Positions 37,559-50,784 of a stretch of DNA of 64,000 nt are shown piece after piece. Source of the stretch: Rhizophagus irregularis. Lineage: Eukaryota. Below the pieces are notes generated by a model, which had not been told where the DNA came from, did not search any database, and saw nothing but the letters and a program-made list of their open reading frames with translations. Both the position numbers and the translations under genes were made by a program. Position 1 is the first letter of the stretch. Each line of letters begins with the position of its first letter. The stretch spans positions 1,488,001 through 1,552,000 of the forward strand of contig NC_089436.1 of the NCBI RefSeq assembly GCF_026210795.1, given 5' to 3'.

Positions 37559-38251
37559 CTAAGGACGAAATGTATATTTTTTCCTGGTTTCTAGATCATA
37601 TTCAGATTCATCACGCCTCTTCGCCCATAATTTCCTTTCATGAGTACTAGAATATATTTCCGGTTCTATAGTCACATCACTATGCTTCGTATTGGAAAGG
37701 ATCTGATCAACAAGAGCGACAATTTTCCCGTCCTTAGCGGAAATAATATCCTCCAGATTCCGGCATCTATTCTCTAACAGGTCAATGGATTTTTCGGCAG
37801 ACGCAATAGCTTTTTTCGTATCAGGAATTATACTTTTGAAGATAGCTACCGAATCTGATAATTGGGTGACTTTCCCACCACTCTCCTCCAAAGACCTGGT
37901 CATGGCTACCTCACGAGACTTATATTGCTCTTGCAAGTCGAGAAGCTCTTCAATCTTTTTTTCCAATGCCCGTTTTGATATACACAACTCCTCATTTTCT
38001 TGCCTTAACGAAGTTTCACAGTCGCTGGTAATAGGCTTCATCTTCTGACGCTCTTTTTGCTTAATATAATTTCCAACCGCCTTATTTAACAAATCTTCCA
38101 CTTCGGGATGGATACTACTTGCCTGTTCTAACGATAATGGGTGTTTTCGGGATATAAGACGGCGCCATATATCTATCTTGATGGAACGAGGAAGCTGGTT
38201 AAGTTGCTTTGAGTAATATACATGAAAAGATGGGTTTAGCATATTAGTCAT
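37559..38251 (-). CDS. Hypothetical coiled-coil protein
   Basis: Intact intronless 230-aa ORF with a heptad-rich centre. Confidence 0.6.
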   Translation of the reverse strand: MTNMLNPSFHVYYSKQLNQLPRSIKIDIWRRLISRKHPLSLEQASSIHPEVEDLLNKAVGNYIKQKERQKMKPITSDCETSLRQENEELCISKRALEKKIEELLDLQEQYKSREVAMTRSLEESGGKVTQLSDSVAIFKSIIPDTKKAIASAEKSIDLLENRCRNLEDIISAKDGKIVALVDQILSNTKHSDVTIEPEIYSSTHERKLWAKRRDESEYDLETRKKYTFRP

Positions 38252-38399
38252 TTCTTATAGATAATAAAAAAATTTTGAAAATTCAAGAATTTTACGTATT
38301 TAGAAATTCTAAGAATTCTGAGCATTCGGTGAATTTAGAGCATTCTGCACCCACATAGACGAAGTCTACCAGGATATAGTCATACGCGTCAATGTCGCG

Positions 38400-38792
38400 A
38401 GAGATCTGCTTGAAAACCGTGACACGATCAAAAATCCACATGACATCCGATCATTGGTCAACAAGAAAAAAATCATTTTGGGCGACAGGCCGTCGCTGAA
38501 ATTAATACATGATCATGTCTTTCGAGATACAGATAGCAAATTTTTTATTAATTCGTTCACCCCTCAAATCATAGATTTTTGGGTGATAGATCTCATGATA
38601 GGATATGCTTTGTGAAGTGCCTGACTAACATTTTTTCGAATTTATGAGAAAAAAGCGCTTATCTTCCAATTTCGCAACTCTAGCCTTAAGCTCAGCATTT
38701 TCGGCCTTAATTTTATTGTACTCGGCCTCAAGCTCGCCAATGTATTGTTTTAATGAATCGATCTCACTGGGATAATTTATTTCAGATTACAT
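38400..38792 (-). pseudogene. Decayed paralog of the coiled-coil gene at 48161-49618
   Basis: Reads M*SEINYPSEIDSLKQYIGELEAEYNKIKAENAELKARVAKLEDK and retains the ISATA motif DNA; upstream sequence is shared with 49650-49720. Confidence 0.65.
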
Positions 38793-39025
38793 GCTTGCGT
38801 AATGTAGTATTAGTATGTTAATATTCAAAAATAAAAAATCATGTGATTTTCCCTCACGGCCCGTAAGTGAAATTTGCCAAGAAATTTTTTATTATCTGGT
38901 GCATATCCCACACGAAAAAATACAGAGAATATGTAAAAATAATCGGCCACCAGGGCACTTTATTGATATAGGAAAAATAAAATACAAATATGTTATGTTA
39001 GCATAGCTAATCTAAAGAAATGTTT

Positions 39026-40908
39026 TTAGAAATTCGCACTATTTTTCTTGCTTAATCTTCCAGCTTCACGTGGAGGAGGACTTATATCACTCGTCTTCCT
39101 TGATCTTTTTTGAAAACTATTTACAATACTCTGTAAATTTACGATAACCCCATTCTGGAATTAGAGATTTTTGTATAAGTATCATTATATAACTAAGTAT
39201 TTATTTAGAAATAAGGAAAACACTTACTCGCAAAACTAATAGAGCATGAACGAACTCTTCGATTTCCTCAACTGACTCTTTATCAAGGGGTATTTTTGCT
39301 TTAATGACTGGAAGGTGGTATTTTACCTCTTTTTCCATTATTAAACCATGGATCTCCAGATACTTACCTGCAATATTAATCCCGAATCCTATATAATTTC
39401 GATAGAATGTTTCTTTCGTGCATTTCTTTACAAGTTCTTTAGTGCCATCCAAACAGAGTTGAACTAATTTATTATGGTCATGGCAGATTTTATCCTCATC
39501 GGTATCCCATTTTCCACTTTCAAAGAAAACGATTTCCTCCCACTTTTGACGAAGATAAGCACGGAACATGAGATCAGGTTTATCTCCTCTTGATCCAGTT
39601 TTTTGCTGAACTTTGCGGTTTTTGCTGGCTTTACTTTGACGCTCAGCCCTAGTAACTTCAACCTCGTAGTCTACAGGTAAATGATACATAGCCATGTCTA
39701 TTAAGCGAGCAATGATTTCTACTAACGTATTTTCAGATCCTCCAGAAACTCTTTGAAGTGCGTTCAACTTAATCTCCTGTAAAAGAATATCAGTAATCCC
39801 ACCAGCTATACGTTCCTTGATATGATCATCTTCAATCCATTGATCATGCGTTACAATGTCTCTCGAAGGCAACACAAATTTTCGTAATTTATGAACTTCA
39901 TTTCTCTTTGATATAAATTCGTTACATATTTTCTTTACTCCCGCATCTTTGCTTAAGTTTCTTATATTAGCCTTCTCTCCCTATAAATATAAGAAGTAAT
40001 TAATACATGAAATGTAATTTAGTAGCTAATTCATCAAGGAAAAAAATAAAGGTATACATACAACAAGGGATTCGTAATTACTTTCTGGTATATTATATTT
40101 TTCTGAACTAAGGTCTATTACTCCAATACACAACGGATCATCGTTTGATATTTTATTAATATCAATATTACTTATTGTCGTAAGAATATGTTTGTGCGCT
40201 GGTGTATCTTTTTTCTAATCCAATCGAAAATATTTATTTTATGAGAAAAGTTCAAAAAATAACATGGGATCGAAATTTCTGAGACAAGAAATACATAGAT
40301 TGATTACCTTAATTTTATCTTTCAAAAGCGTTATATTATTTAAGGCTAAAGTTTTCCAATTTACTTCTTCTTCGAATTTTCCTCGTAAGAACCCCATATC
40401 TTTTAATGAAATTAGCTCGTTTCTAACGAATCGCATCTAAAAATAAATAGATGGGTTAATAAATTCAGGAAGACATCATTATTTTATTTTTGCGCAAAAT
40501 CCCATCCTAATCAGAATTAGCCGGCATTATTGTCCTTAAAAATCATCGTAAGTATAATGAAAGAGATTCTCGCTGACAATATGTCGCTTTTTCAATCGCA
40601 CTACACTTATTTTTGTCTAGACAACATATTCATCATGTTATTCCTATTGTGTGAAGAACAAAAATAATGTAAATTACTTGGTTAATATTCTGCAACGATT
40701 TAAGATGCTGTTTACGCTTATCATCATTGATCTCATTTTCCATATCCTTTAATATTTTCATAAGACAATCGAAATCTTCGTTTTCCGATTGGATTTTGAA
40801 ACAATTCCATTGTTGGGTAATTACGCTAGAAGTGGTTATTTTATCCAAGGAAGAGGTTTTTAAAAAGTTGTATAATGGAGCGAAAATTTCGGCTGATGAG
40901 CTAGACAT
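39026..40908 (-). CDS. Multi-exon gene with C-terminal PD-(D/E)XK restriction-endonuclease-fold domain (Crinkler-associated type)
   Basis: RAERQSKASKNRK...GDKPDLMF...IVFFESGK...HDHNKL; several GT-AG introns. Exact exon structure not fully resolved. Confidence 0.65.
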
Positions 40909-41523
40909 AATTTACTAATTTAAGATATAAGAGTTTTTGTTAGTATATGCCTGGTAAAAAATAAGCAACTATAATTTCAAATTTCATATACTCTCCTTTT
41001 AAATGGTTTGCAATTTCCCCATTCACGTCTTCTCTGAGCCCGAGTTTATGTTGGGGTCGAAGCGGGAGAATATGCAACAAACCTTTACGCCAAAATTTTG
41101 TGTTCGAGAATAAGGGCATGTGGAATGTGCATTGAAGATCTTGACATTTTCAAAGGCGTTGGGGATAATGCATATACGAACTTTTTTTTCGCTCGCCCGA
41201 CCGCTCAGTAATAAAGCCCCTAGTAACATTATATAAATATACTCCGATCGAAATCTAGTAGAAATAGCCTCTAGCATCGAAGAAAATAAACTCATAAATA
41301 AATGCTATTCAGATAGATAGGGAAAAATTCGAAATATTCTTGGGGTCGATTTCTTATGTGTGAAAATTAATTTGTCGCACAAGCAGTCACACAGAGTTAC
41401 AGATGATTTGCGGTGTATCACCCATTACATCATATACACTTTAACAAAACGTGCTAAATTATGTCGCACATGCCAACATGCATTGGCCTTGAGGCGCTTC
41501 GCATGGCTGGACAATATATTATT

Positions 41524-42162
41524 TTATTGATAATATTCGGAATCTGGGTCAAGGACTGATCTGGAAAATTCGGCGCACAAACTCACAATTATATCTAAAT
41601 CCGAGAAATTTACAGTAAAATACTTTCCTAGAAGATAATATGTTCTTAACGTTGATGAATCACATATGTTTTGTATTTCTACCGATTTACTCCTATATTT
41701 CTCACAATCCGAAATTCTGATGAAGTATTCATAATTATATTTTTTATGAATACTATAATATTTGGGATTCCGTGGCCATTTTAACATGTCAGGCCAATAT
41801 GTACCTCTAACAACTATATAGCCTTGCTGATATAATAATTTATTAACAAGTATTAATGTTACAAAACCTAATCGATACCATAATTGGACTCTCTTCTCGT
41901 ATATCCAATCATTTTTCACTGAAAAGCAATAATCATCATACCAAATTTGTCCTGAAGGATGATATCCCCATTCATTTTTCATACCTAAAAACTTCTTATC
42001 GTTAGGAGTAGCATCATTCCTTACTATCTCCCAAACTTTTTTTGCCAAAGATTCAGGTCTCTTCTTGTAATTCCTGTAAGCTTGCTGGATAACTGTTGCA
42101 TAGAAATTCTCAAACTGATAGTTATATTGTCTCGCAATCAAGAATCCCCAAGAGCGTTTCAT
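41524..42162 (-). CDS. Hypothetical protein with IQ-like motif
   Basis: 212-aa intronless ORF; ATVIQQAYRNYKKR. Confidence 0.5.
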   Translation of the reverse strand: MKRSWGFLIARQYNYQFENFYATVIQQAYRNYKKRPESLAKKVWEIVRNDATPNDKKFLGMKNEWGYHPSGQIWYDDYCFSVKNDWIYEKRVQLWYRLGFVTLILVNKLLYQQGYIVVRGTYWPDMLKWPRNPKYYSIHKKYNYEYFIRISDCEKYRSKSVEIQNICDSSTLRTYYLLGKYFTVNFSDLDIIVSLCAEFSRSVLDPDSEYYQ

Positions 42163-42475
42163 GATAAATAGTTATATATTAGAAGATCTAACCTAGAATA
42201 GGCAGATCATGCATAGCATATTTTTATCCCGCATAAATTTATGCAGGTGATACATTTCACTATTATACTAGGCGATCATGTATGCAGAATTCATTTCGCA
42301 AAAAAATAAAGTATAATAAATGTTTGGCCTCAACATAGTCGAGAGATACATAATGTTAATATTCGGTTGAAAGATATTGCAAAGCGCCTTAATGGCTAAG
42401 TCTATTTTCTTCCTGCATTTTTTCGCACAGAATCGAAATATGCTTCACTAAGATTGCCCAAATCAGTCAAGCCAG

Positions 42476-43288
42476 TTAGACAACCGTGAGTACTCTCCCA
42501 TCCCTCAATCTCAACATAGTGCCTTTTGGCTGTTTTACATACTGAGATGAGATAAATAATTCGCCTGTATCACTTTTATAATTTGATGATTGATAAGAAT
42601 TAGGTGAAACTATTTCTTGCCTGGCAGGCGAAATACAAGCTGGCTCAGCACTTGGCATAGTATTTTCTGCCATAGTCATTTTAATCTGCTTGTATGTTTC
42701 ATAGGTAATTGAATCACTATCATAATCATATGATACCAATGCCAACTTATCCTTTTCTGAATGTGAAGTAGATTGGGAGAAAAGCTCTAGGCGAAGACGA
42801 TTAATTTTAGCCTCTTCTTGTAATATATATTGTTTATATTGCCAGATCTGAAATTCCCTTGCATCAATAGATTTGAGAATTTCATTTCTTCTTGCATGTT
42901 CATTCGAAATAGTATTTCCAGAAATACATCTCTTCAAGTGGTTATCTTGATTGCGACGATTAAATACATACCCTCTAGGTATGAAAACTAAGGAGTCACA
43001 TACACTACAATATATATAATCGGTTGGATGTTGTCTGTAAACTTTATCATTTTCATACATCTTTCCATACATTATAATATATCCATTCTTAGAAAGGATT
43101 CTTGGATTCTCTTCAAGTATTTTCTTAAATGGATCACGGATACGAGAACACCACATTTCTGGTGTTTCGTAATCATGTCTTTTTGTTAAAGGCAATAACG
43201 CATCAAGTATTCTTATATATTCTGCAGAGCCTCCATAAGTATTGTTTGCATCAATTAGCTTAGAATATGTTTTACTATCTAAATCCAT
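42476..43288 (-). CDS. Hypothetical protein, possible zinc finger plus coiled coil
   Basis: 270-aa intact ORF; YCSVCD...HLKRC. Confidence 0.55.
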   Translation of the reverse strand: MDLDSKTYSKLIDANNTYGGSAEYIRILDALLPLTKRHDYETPEMWCSRIRDPFKKILEENPRILSKNGYIIMYGKMYENDKVYRQHPTDYIYCSVCDSLVFIPRGYVFNRRNQDNHLKRCISGNTISNEHARRNEILKSIDAREFQIWQYKQYILQEEAKINRLRLELFSQSTSHSEKDKLALVSYDYDSDSITYETYKQIKMTMAENTMPSAEPACISPARQEIVSPNSYQSSNYKSDTGELFISSQYVKQPKGTMLRLRDGRVLTVV

Positions 43289-43521
43289 AATAGTGTTTTA
43301 GTAGATTACTGTATATTGATTTTTAGTGATTTATAGCGTTTTTAGCAAATTCTAGCAATTATTTAGCAACTTATAACTAGATAATATCATCATTCAAATT
43401 TATACAGATTTACTGATTAGCGATTAGATGATTTGTAGCCGATTTGAGAGACTACACACTGTTAAACCCAAATACATTTTTTCTGTGCTATAGAAAAAAA
43501 AAACTCAATACATAAATAGAC

Positions 43522-44317
43522 CTAATTATTTCTCAAACATCGCCTAATTAATGCTGAAGGGGATTCGTATTCATTGTAATACCATTCCCGTATTATTTTA
43601 TGTAAATCCTCATGGAGATTGATAGGTATATCTGTTCCATCACTAGACATGATTATAGAGATGGTCAGTCGGTCCTGCGGTCTTTGATCGGTCCTGATCG
43701 GTCTTTAGGAAATTTTTGGAAAAGTAATAAGGCTGTGCTTCCAATTTTTTGTAGCACAACAGAACTGATTAAAGACCAAAAAGTGGTAAATTTTGGTCTC
43801 GATCTAATCACCCAATTTAGAGCTAGGCAGGTTTTTATTTTGCCAAAACCAGTATTTTTTGCTTTTTTCGGTCTTTTTCCAATTTCGCCTCTGCTGGTCT
43901 TAAAAAAAGAAGTATAAAGGCCAAATTTTGACATTTATTGGTCTTTAGCCATACTTGCTGCGCCTTAAAAATTCAAGGGTGCATTCCTTATAACTTTCCC
44001 AAAGACCGGGCAGGACCGTCCAGGACCGAAAGACCGACTGACCATCCTTACATGATTACCATATCCGATGTCCGCAAAGTTTGGTATGTTGCTTGATCAA
44101 TCAAACTTATCCAGTTTCTATCAGTTTCATTGCAAAGATGGCATATGGCAACATATTTATCTGAAACTCGTATATAACGCGATTGTGGGAGCTTATCTAT
44201 GAAATGTCCTAGTGCCAATTCTGTATAACGGTAATAACAGCCTGATTGATCCTCCGGAGCTAAATATACAGTAAAATCTGCCTCTGGAAGACCACGTAAT
44301 ATTAATTTTCGTACCAT
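43522..44317 (-). pseudogene. Small hypothetical gene interrupted by a hAT MITE
   Basis: Removing 43656-44050 plus one TSD extends MVRKL...SDMVIM in frame with SSDGTDIPINLHEDLHKIIREWYYNEYESPSALIRRCLRNN*. Confidence 0.7.
43656..44050. mobile_element. hAT-type MITE, 395 bp (second family)
   Basis: TIRs tagagatggtcagtcggtc / gaccgactgaccatcctta. Exact 8-bp TSD catgatta at 43648-43655 and 44051-44058. Confidence 0.92.
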
Positions 44318-44771
44318 TTCATTTATTAGGTATGAGCTATAATTCAATTTTTTACATGGAAGCCGTAGTTTATATAGATTTCTGGTGGATGCGTGACAGG
44401 CTATTTGCATATGGACATGAAACGTTTTATGCATGGAGAATATGTGATCGCTCCTTTATTATGTACTTTGTAGTATGACGTATATTGTATCCAGCGTATC
44501 ACCTGGCTCCCAGACAGTTCCCGGCACTTCCTCGCAACCTTCCCGCAACTCAAATCACGGGATGATCGGCTAATCAGATCTTCGAATTCATGTAACTAAG
44601 CCACCCTTATTTTTTTAATAAATCATTATATTAATCATTACGAAAATTAAAGCGCTGACTGTACACGAAAGGGACCAGCTCATAGATCATGATACATAAA
44701 AGCAGGAAGCTGGTTTACCCTATTACCTCACTTCTTCTTTGCTTTCCATAAAGCTTTTCTTGAACGTAATA

Positions 44772-45589
44772 ATGTCTGCACAGTGGAGCGAAGAACAAAC
44801 CCGAATGCTTATTGATGAACGTAAAAATGGGAATGAAGAATACCACCGAACCTCTATTCGTAATAAGAGAAACTTTTGGGAAGATATTGCGAATGAAATC
44901 AACCGAGTAAATAATACTAACTACTTCACCGGGGAAGATTGTAATAAGAAATTCTTAGCTCTAACTCGGGCATACTATGTAAGTAACATTATAATCGAGC
45001 AGTTGGAGACACTATGCTTATACTTATCCCGACTCTAATCTGATATTTTTGGTAAATATAGACGACCGTGGCCTATAAGAAAGCTAAGGCGGAAGCTGAG
45101 AGTCTCTTACTATCAACTAATGAGGGATCTGGGGTGGAGGGTCCACCAACTACTGTAGTAACTAAAAAGAAGAAGAGAAGTCTTATAGGAGAACATTATT
45201 ACGAAGAGTTCTCCACGGAATTTTGGAAAGAACCTGGTATTTGTTTTTCTGATATTCGTATTTACTTTGGTAAATCCAGGATATTCCCCCTAAAATATTT
45301 ACTGTTTCTAGGATCACAACGTAACTTAAGAAATCCATCATCATCATCTAATACACCGAATAGATTACAACCGTCAAGAATCCCCAGATCAATGTCATCA
45401 TCTGCCTTGGGATCCAGTATTGCTTCAAGAACCGGAACTGCTTCAAAAATTCCTCGAGCAATTCCTTCTAATACATCGCGTCCAACAACACCTTCTTCTG
45501 GTTCGAGACCCGTGACGCCCTCATTCTCTCAAAGCGCTGAAACTATTAATGTTTTTATTAATTACATTGAGCCGGACTACCAAGAGTGA
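44772..45589 (+). CDS. Myb/SANT-like (trihelix) DNA-binding protein, spliced
   Basis: WSEEQTRMLIDERK...RNFWEDIANEIN...TGEDCNKKFLALTRAY; GT-AG introns; Ser/Pro-rich tail. Confidence 0.75.
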
Positions 45590-45862
45590 TTTCTTAATAA
45601 CAAAGAAGATCATTTATTTTACTTTGCTATTCTATATTAAAGCGGGATTTTCATATCTGTAAATAGCTATGTTAGTTTAGTAAATTTTGTATTTTTTCGT
45701 TAGTATGTAATATGGCCGATCCGTTAAGTAAAAAATGAATAAAAAAAAAGTAGAATAATAGATCGAAAGACCAGAAGAAAGTAATGATTGAAATAAATGA
45801 TGCTATCAAAGAGGGAGGGAGTTCTCGGATCCTAAGCCATAAATGAGAGTCCCAGCATCAAG

Positions 45863-46586
45863 TTATTTCGCAATATTACCTCCACCGATACTTCCTCTAA
45901 CACTACCGCTACTGCTACTGTTGTTACTACTGCTACTATCAGAAAAACTAACTGATTTCTTATTTCCCTCCTTTTCAACCCATTCGATGATTTTATCTAT
46001 AGAAGTTCTTCTTGGTGATTTTTGATGTCGATAAAAACTAGCTAATGTGCTAGCGCTAAGACCGATTTCGATTGATAAAATATTGTACAATTGCGTTGGA
46101 GAACGACCTTCTCTTTTCCTCCTATTATTAAAAAGGGCCGTAAATTCGACCCAGTATGTTTCATATTCATCCGTATATTCGGAATATTGTCCCATGGAAA
46201 CGTGACTTGTGGAAGAGAATCGATTTGATCCTGCTAGAAGAAAGCGCAGTAGGGCGCAGATAAGTATATATGCATGACGTTATATTTTTTCTAATTGACG
46301 ACCTACCTTGAGATGCTGTATCATTTCTCCATTCAGCTTCTGTACGCATTCTTTGAAGCTCATTACTTAATGTTAAGACGGTTCTTTCAAGATTATTATC
46401 TCGCGATCCCATTAGATATTTGCGAAAAAAGAAGATAGTAATGGCAAAGATTAAATAAATGCTTATATTTCCCGAAAAAATATCCTGGATCATTTCCATA
46501 GTTAGGACACCACGGCTCAACATCTCGTAAAATACAATTGTGATGCCGAAGACTGCGATCAAGAAAATATCTGAGTTTGAGAACAT
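45863..46586 (-). CDS. Hypothetical protein(s): N-terminal hydrophobic helices, C-terminal HTH-like segment; two overlapping frames
   Basis: Two hydrophobic stretches in 46586-46167. LYNILSIEIGLSASTLASFYRHQKSPRRTSIDKI in 46195-45863 resembles an XRE-type HTH. A decayed paralog at ~19 kb supports it being a real gene. Confidence 0.5.
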
Positions 46587-48160
46587 TTTTTAGATAGATA
46601 GATAGATAGATAGATTTTGCTTTATTAGTTTTATGTGAAATTGATATTTTTTACTTGTTGGAGGAAAAGAAATACCAAAGCGCTTCTCTAGAAATATCCT
46701 TTTATAATGTTTTACAATCGCCTGGCAAAATTAAATGCCCATATATACTAGCATAGAGAACCCGCATCGAAATATGGATCTGGAATAATCGTGAAATGTT
46801 GTCATAATTTTTACCCCTATTTCTGAAAAAGAAAATTATCAAGATCCTGTCCGGCGCCTGTACTTAAAGACGAAAAAAGTTAGTGCATTCCCGTATCCCC
46901 ATACCCCCCCTAATCCCCACAACATATTCAAGCAATGAAATAATAATAATATTTTTTCGTAAATGCTTGGCCGTGAGGCCTTACGCAAGAGTAAAGTTTT
47001 TTATTAATAAAAATATAACAAATATTCATTAGGTAGCTTTGCTATTATGTATATACAGAATGTGAATAAGCTATATTGTAAAGTCCTATTCTCTTATTTC
47101 ATTTTTGACTAAAGAAAGATCAAAGGAAGAACTAAATATCCAACTAGATTTTTTCTCGCTTCGATTATATAGGAAGATTGGAGTTCTTCTTTCGTTCGTG
47201 GCGCAGTTTAGTATAAAAAACCTTCATTATCGTAGGTAAATGCAGATCAAAAACATAAAGTCTGTTGGGAGGAAATAGGCAGGGTATTTATGAAAATTTT
47301 CAGTTGACTATTTTGCCAATAAAATCGTCGGAAGCATTGGCGTAAATTTTACACTCCTTGTACCCCACGATTTGCAAATATGCACAGCTTATCTAATAAA
47401 ATATACTGCTTATTTAATATGACCCCTTCTTTTCAGGTGAAAAAATTGCGCTAAAAGTAAAATCCGATGAACATGCTAAACTGATATGTTGTAAACGGAG
47501 TAATGGTATATCTACCGTTTATTATCTAGATTGGCTGATATACCCCCTATTGCAAAAAAAATCGGAATAAAGAACCTATCATGGATCGAGATCTGTAAAA
47601 ACAGTAGATGATAAATCACACATGCTGGATTACGTACTGCTAATTCCTATTCAAAAACGGATTAATATACGATTAGACTATACACGTAATTTAAATGCGC
47701 TAACACAAATAGGATAATAAAATTTACCGTTTATCTGAGAATCTGTAAATCATAGATTCTAATCGGCTCGATTTCCATTTTTGATTTTCTTCTTAACAAC
47801 GCCCTGTCTTACGATCCGCATGAAAATCAGGGATGTGTTTTTTTTATTAGTAATTCAGAACTGCGTAATGAGCGAGATAGAACATACCAGAACTTTGGGG
47901 AAAGTTCATCACTATAACAACAAAAATATTGGGTTTATTAATAGATCCTCGCCTTCGGCAAAAATGACGCCGGGACCTACTACTGCGCCTATTATATTCT
48001 GCGGATTTACATGGACCAGTGACGTCTTACTGCGGGGCGCCAAAAGAAATATAGATGACGTTTGCATGCTATCTAAGCCACCCACGTGATCAAAAAAAAA
48101 GAAATATACGATTTCGCTTAATTCAGTCTAAGTGAGTAATTGATTCGCCCAATAATTCTT

Positions 48161-49618
48161 CTAGGCGGTTACCGGTGAGATAATAGGACTCATCATTGGT
48201 GAGGTTTTCCTTTCATAACCTCCATCACGATAATAATAACCTCTATCACGTTCACCATATTCATTATATCCACCATATCCACTATATCCATCATCATCCG
48301 AATCGTCCGGCATCTCTTCTTCAGAATCATTAGAATCGGAGTCATTGTCTGACCTACTTTCGTCTGTTTCTTCCCTTGATTGTGAAGCAACCTCTTCATT
48401 CATTTCTTCCGCTACCCTAGCTTCATTCTCGTATGGTGTACCCCAATAAGCGGTCTCATCGACAAAAGCCCCCGTGAGCGTTTTTATATAATCCTTCAAA
48501 TCGGCTGATAAGGATGTATTTTCTTCAGGCAAGATTTTTTCGCTAGTCTCAAGATTTCCGGCTGAAATTTCAGGAGTTGGAAAATCATCCTGCTCTGCAG
48601 AATTATCCCGCCTCTCTGAGGCCTCTATGATCTCTTGAATTTGATCGTTAGTCAACTCTGAAATGGAATTGGGACTATATTCACTAAGATACTTAACTTT
48701 ATCTATACCTATTTTCTCGATTATTCTAACAAGCTTCATAGACCTTTGAGTCCTTCTAGTTAGAGAACTACGGGAGATTTTTGGAAGCTGTATACCCATT
48801 TCTTTTGATCTCTTCTCACGAATGGTGACAAGGTGTTCTAACATCTCATCATAAATTATACCTTTTGCTTTTTTCTCTCCAATTTTGCCATTGCTATTTT
48901 CCACGAGTTCACTAAAGTGAACCATGAATTCTTTCCCAAAGTTAACCCAGCATAAGATTTCTTCCTCGTTGGCTTTTTTAGTGCGATATTCGGCATCTGT
49001 TGCTTTATCAAATAGCTTCGCTAAATCGAGCAGAGATGAAGAACAATTTGGGCGACGGGCCGTCGCTGAAATTTCAGTCATATTATCCTGAATGGATGGC
49101 TCTGCCATCATACCATCAGTTATCACCTGAACAATTTTCTCAGTACCCTTTTTCTTATGACTATTTTGGCCTGATTGCTTCGCAACCTCTTGTTCCGAAG
49201 ATGTCATGCTTTCAGTAAGAAGCTTCTTTTCCTTATTGCGTTGCTTTATTTCACTACTAACGATTTTCTTATGAGCCTCAAGCAAGAAATTATCCATCTC
49301 TTTCTCCTCTAACGGTTTTTCATGATGGACCACACCCGAATTGAAGTTAGATAAGATTTTATTAGGAGTATTATCATTTTGCAACTGTTTTTCTTCCAAT
49401 TTGTCAATTCTGGCATCACGTCGGTTATTCTCTTCTATCATCTGCTTCATAAGCTCCGCATTTCTGGCCTCAATCTCGACATTCCTGGCTTCAACCTCAG
49501 CAAGCTTCTTTCTAAGTTCAGGAATCTCGGCAAGTTTCTTTCTAAGTTCAGGAATCTCGGCATTCTCTGCCTCAAGTTCAATGATACGCTGTTTCAATAC
49601 TTCAAGCTCGGACGACAT
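48161..49618 (-). CDS. Coiled-coil/acidic protein (MSSELEVLKQR family)
   Basis: Intact 485-aa intronless ORF with a 30-bp internal tandem duplication (AEIPELRKKL x2) and an acidic Gly/Tyr tail. Confidence 0.75.
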   Translation of the reverse strand: MSSELEVLKQRIIELEAENAEIPELRKKLAEIPELRKKLAEVEARNVEIEARNAELMKQMIEENNRRDARIDKLEEKQLQNDNTPNKILSNFNSGVVHHEKPLEEKEMDNFLLEAHKKIVSSEIKQRNKEKKLLTESMTSSEQEVAKQSGQNSHKKKGTEKIVQVITDGMMAEPSIQDNMTEISATARRPNCSSSLLDLAKLFDKATDAEYRTKKANEEEILCWVNFGKEFMVHFSELVENSNGKIGEKKAKGIIYDEMLEHLVTIREKRSKEMGIQLPKISRSSLTRRTQRSMKLVRIIEKIGIDKVKYLSEYSPNSISELTNDQIQEIIEASERRDNSAEQDDFPTPEISAGNLETSEKILPEENTSLSADLKDYIKTLTGAFVDETAYWGTPYENEARVAEEMNEEVASQSREETDESRSDNDSDSNDSEEEMPDDSDDDGYSGYGGYNEYGERDRGYYYRDGGYERKTSPMMSPIISPVTA

Positions 49619-49792
49619 GATCTATATAAAACTAATACACTGTATATAAGCATTCAAAATAAAAAATATATCACATGTTTTTGGGCGACGGGCCGTCGCT
49701 GAAATTTGCCAAGAAAATTTTTTTATTATTACATGCTAAAAAATAAATACAAATGTTCGGGACTGCGCCCACGATACATAACATTTATGGTA

Positions 49793-50130
49793 TTATTTTT
49801 TGATAATTTTTTTGATTCTGGCCCTCTTGCTAGTTGGGGAACTATCAACACTAACCCTATCTTTTAATAACCCAACAATAATACCTATTACCCTTTTCAC
49901 ATTGCTTCGAAGTAGCTCAGGATTTTCTTTAATGGCGGACTTCGTAAGATTAATTTGGTATTCACTACCGCTTGTACAGAAAATACCGTCTGGAGTATAT
50001 ATGATAAAGTACCACTCCGTGCCCGTGGTCACGATACCATAAATATAGTCAAAATAGTCGTTCCCAAACGTTTGACCGCAGTTCGTTTCTTTTTATTCGT
50101 CTGAAACGCGCTTTCAAGCTGTGCTAGATT
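49793..50130 (-). pseudogene. 3' fragment of a Crinkler-like nuclease gene
   Basis: QLESAFQTNKKKR...DYIYGIVTTGTEWYFIIY...VIGIIVGLLKDR parallels the C-terminus of 57207-58343. Confidence 0.7.
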
Positions 50131-50784
50131 CTAATAAATAAAATACATCCCTCTTTAGCCTTCTTATCTCGAAGCCAATAGACTAAGAAGACGAACAGAT
50201 TTACCTGAACATAATATTGCGTGGCTTCCCTTCGGTGATACAAAGTAGGTTATATATGTGCTTTTTATAGTGTAAATTGGTATACCTTAATAAAATGGGC
50301 ACAAAATCCCGAATATTATTATTATGAAATTGTAGATCTCAATAATAGTCAGTTAGTCAGAAAAGAAGTAACATTATGTTGGGGCGCCCTGGCTTGATCT
50401 CTTCCCTACCTGATAGCAGTGACTACTGGTATAGAGATAGACCGTGCCGGGAGTGTCCTCGAAAAGTTAGTATTATTAGGGATGTTTTAGTATAGAAAAT
50501 CTTCTGCAGGATGATTTTCATGATGACATATTGTGCATTGGAAAATAAAAAGATGTTTGAATTATTAAAACCGTTACGATCAAAATTTTCCAGATCCACC
50601 TGAGTCTTTTTCTATATATCATACGCAGTAAGTCATTGGTTCACGTGAATTATATCCGCAGAAAAAATATGCTGACATACGATGATCAATCAACATGTCA
50701 TATGACTATTAAATGAAACGCGTAAACGCGTAAAATAAATGTTTAACCGGTTTCCGTTTTTTAGTCTTTTCTGAAGTTCGCACC

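Larger units (their letters stand above)
47545..50130. repeat. Internal segmental duplication, copy A (copy B at ~55700-57550)
   Basis: 47545-47960 ~ 55700-56075; 48133-48193 ~ 56170-56228; 49575-49790 ~ 56985-57190; 49793-50130 is paralogous to 57207-57550. Confidence 0.85.
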
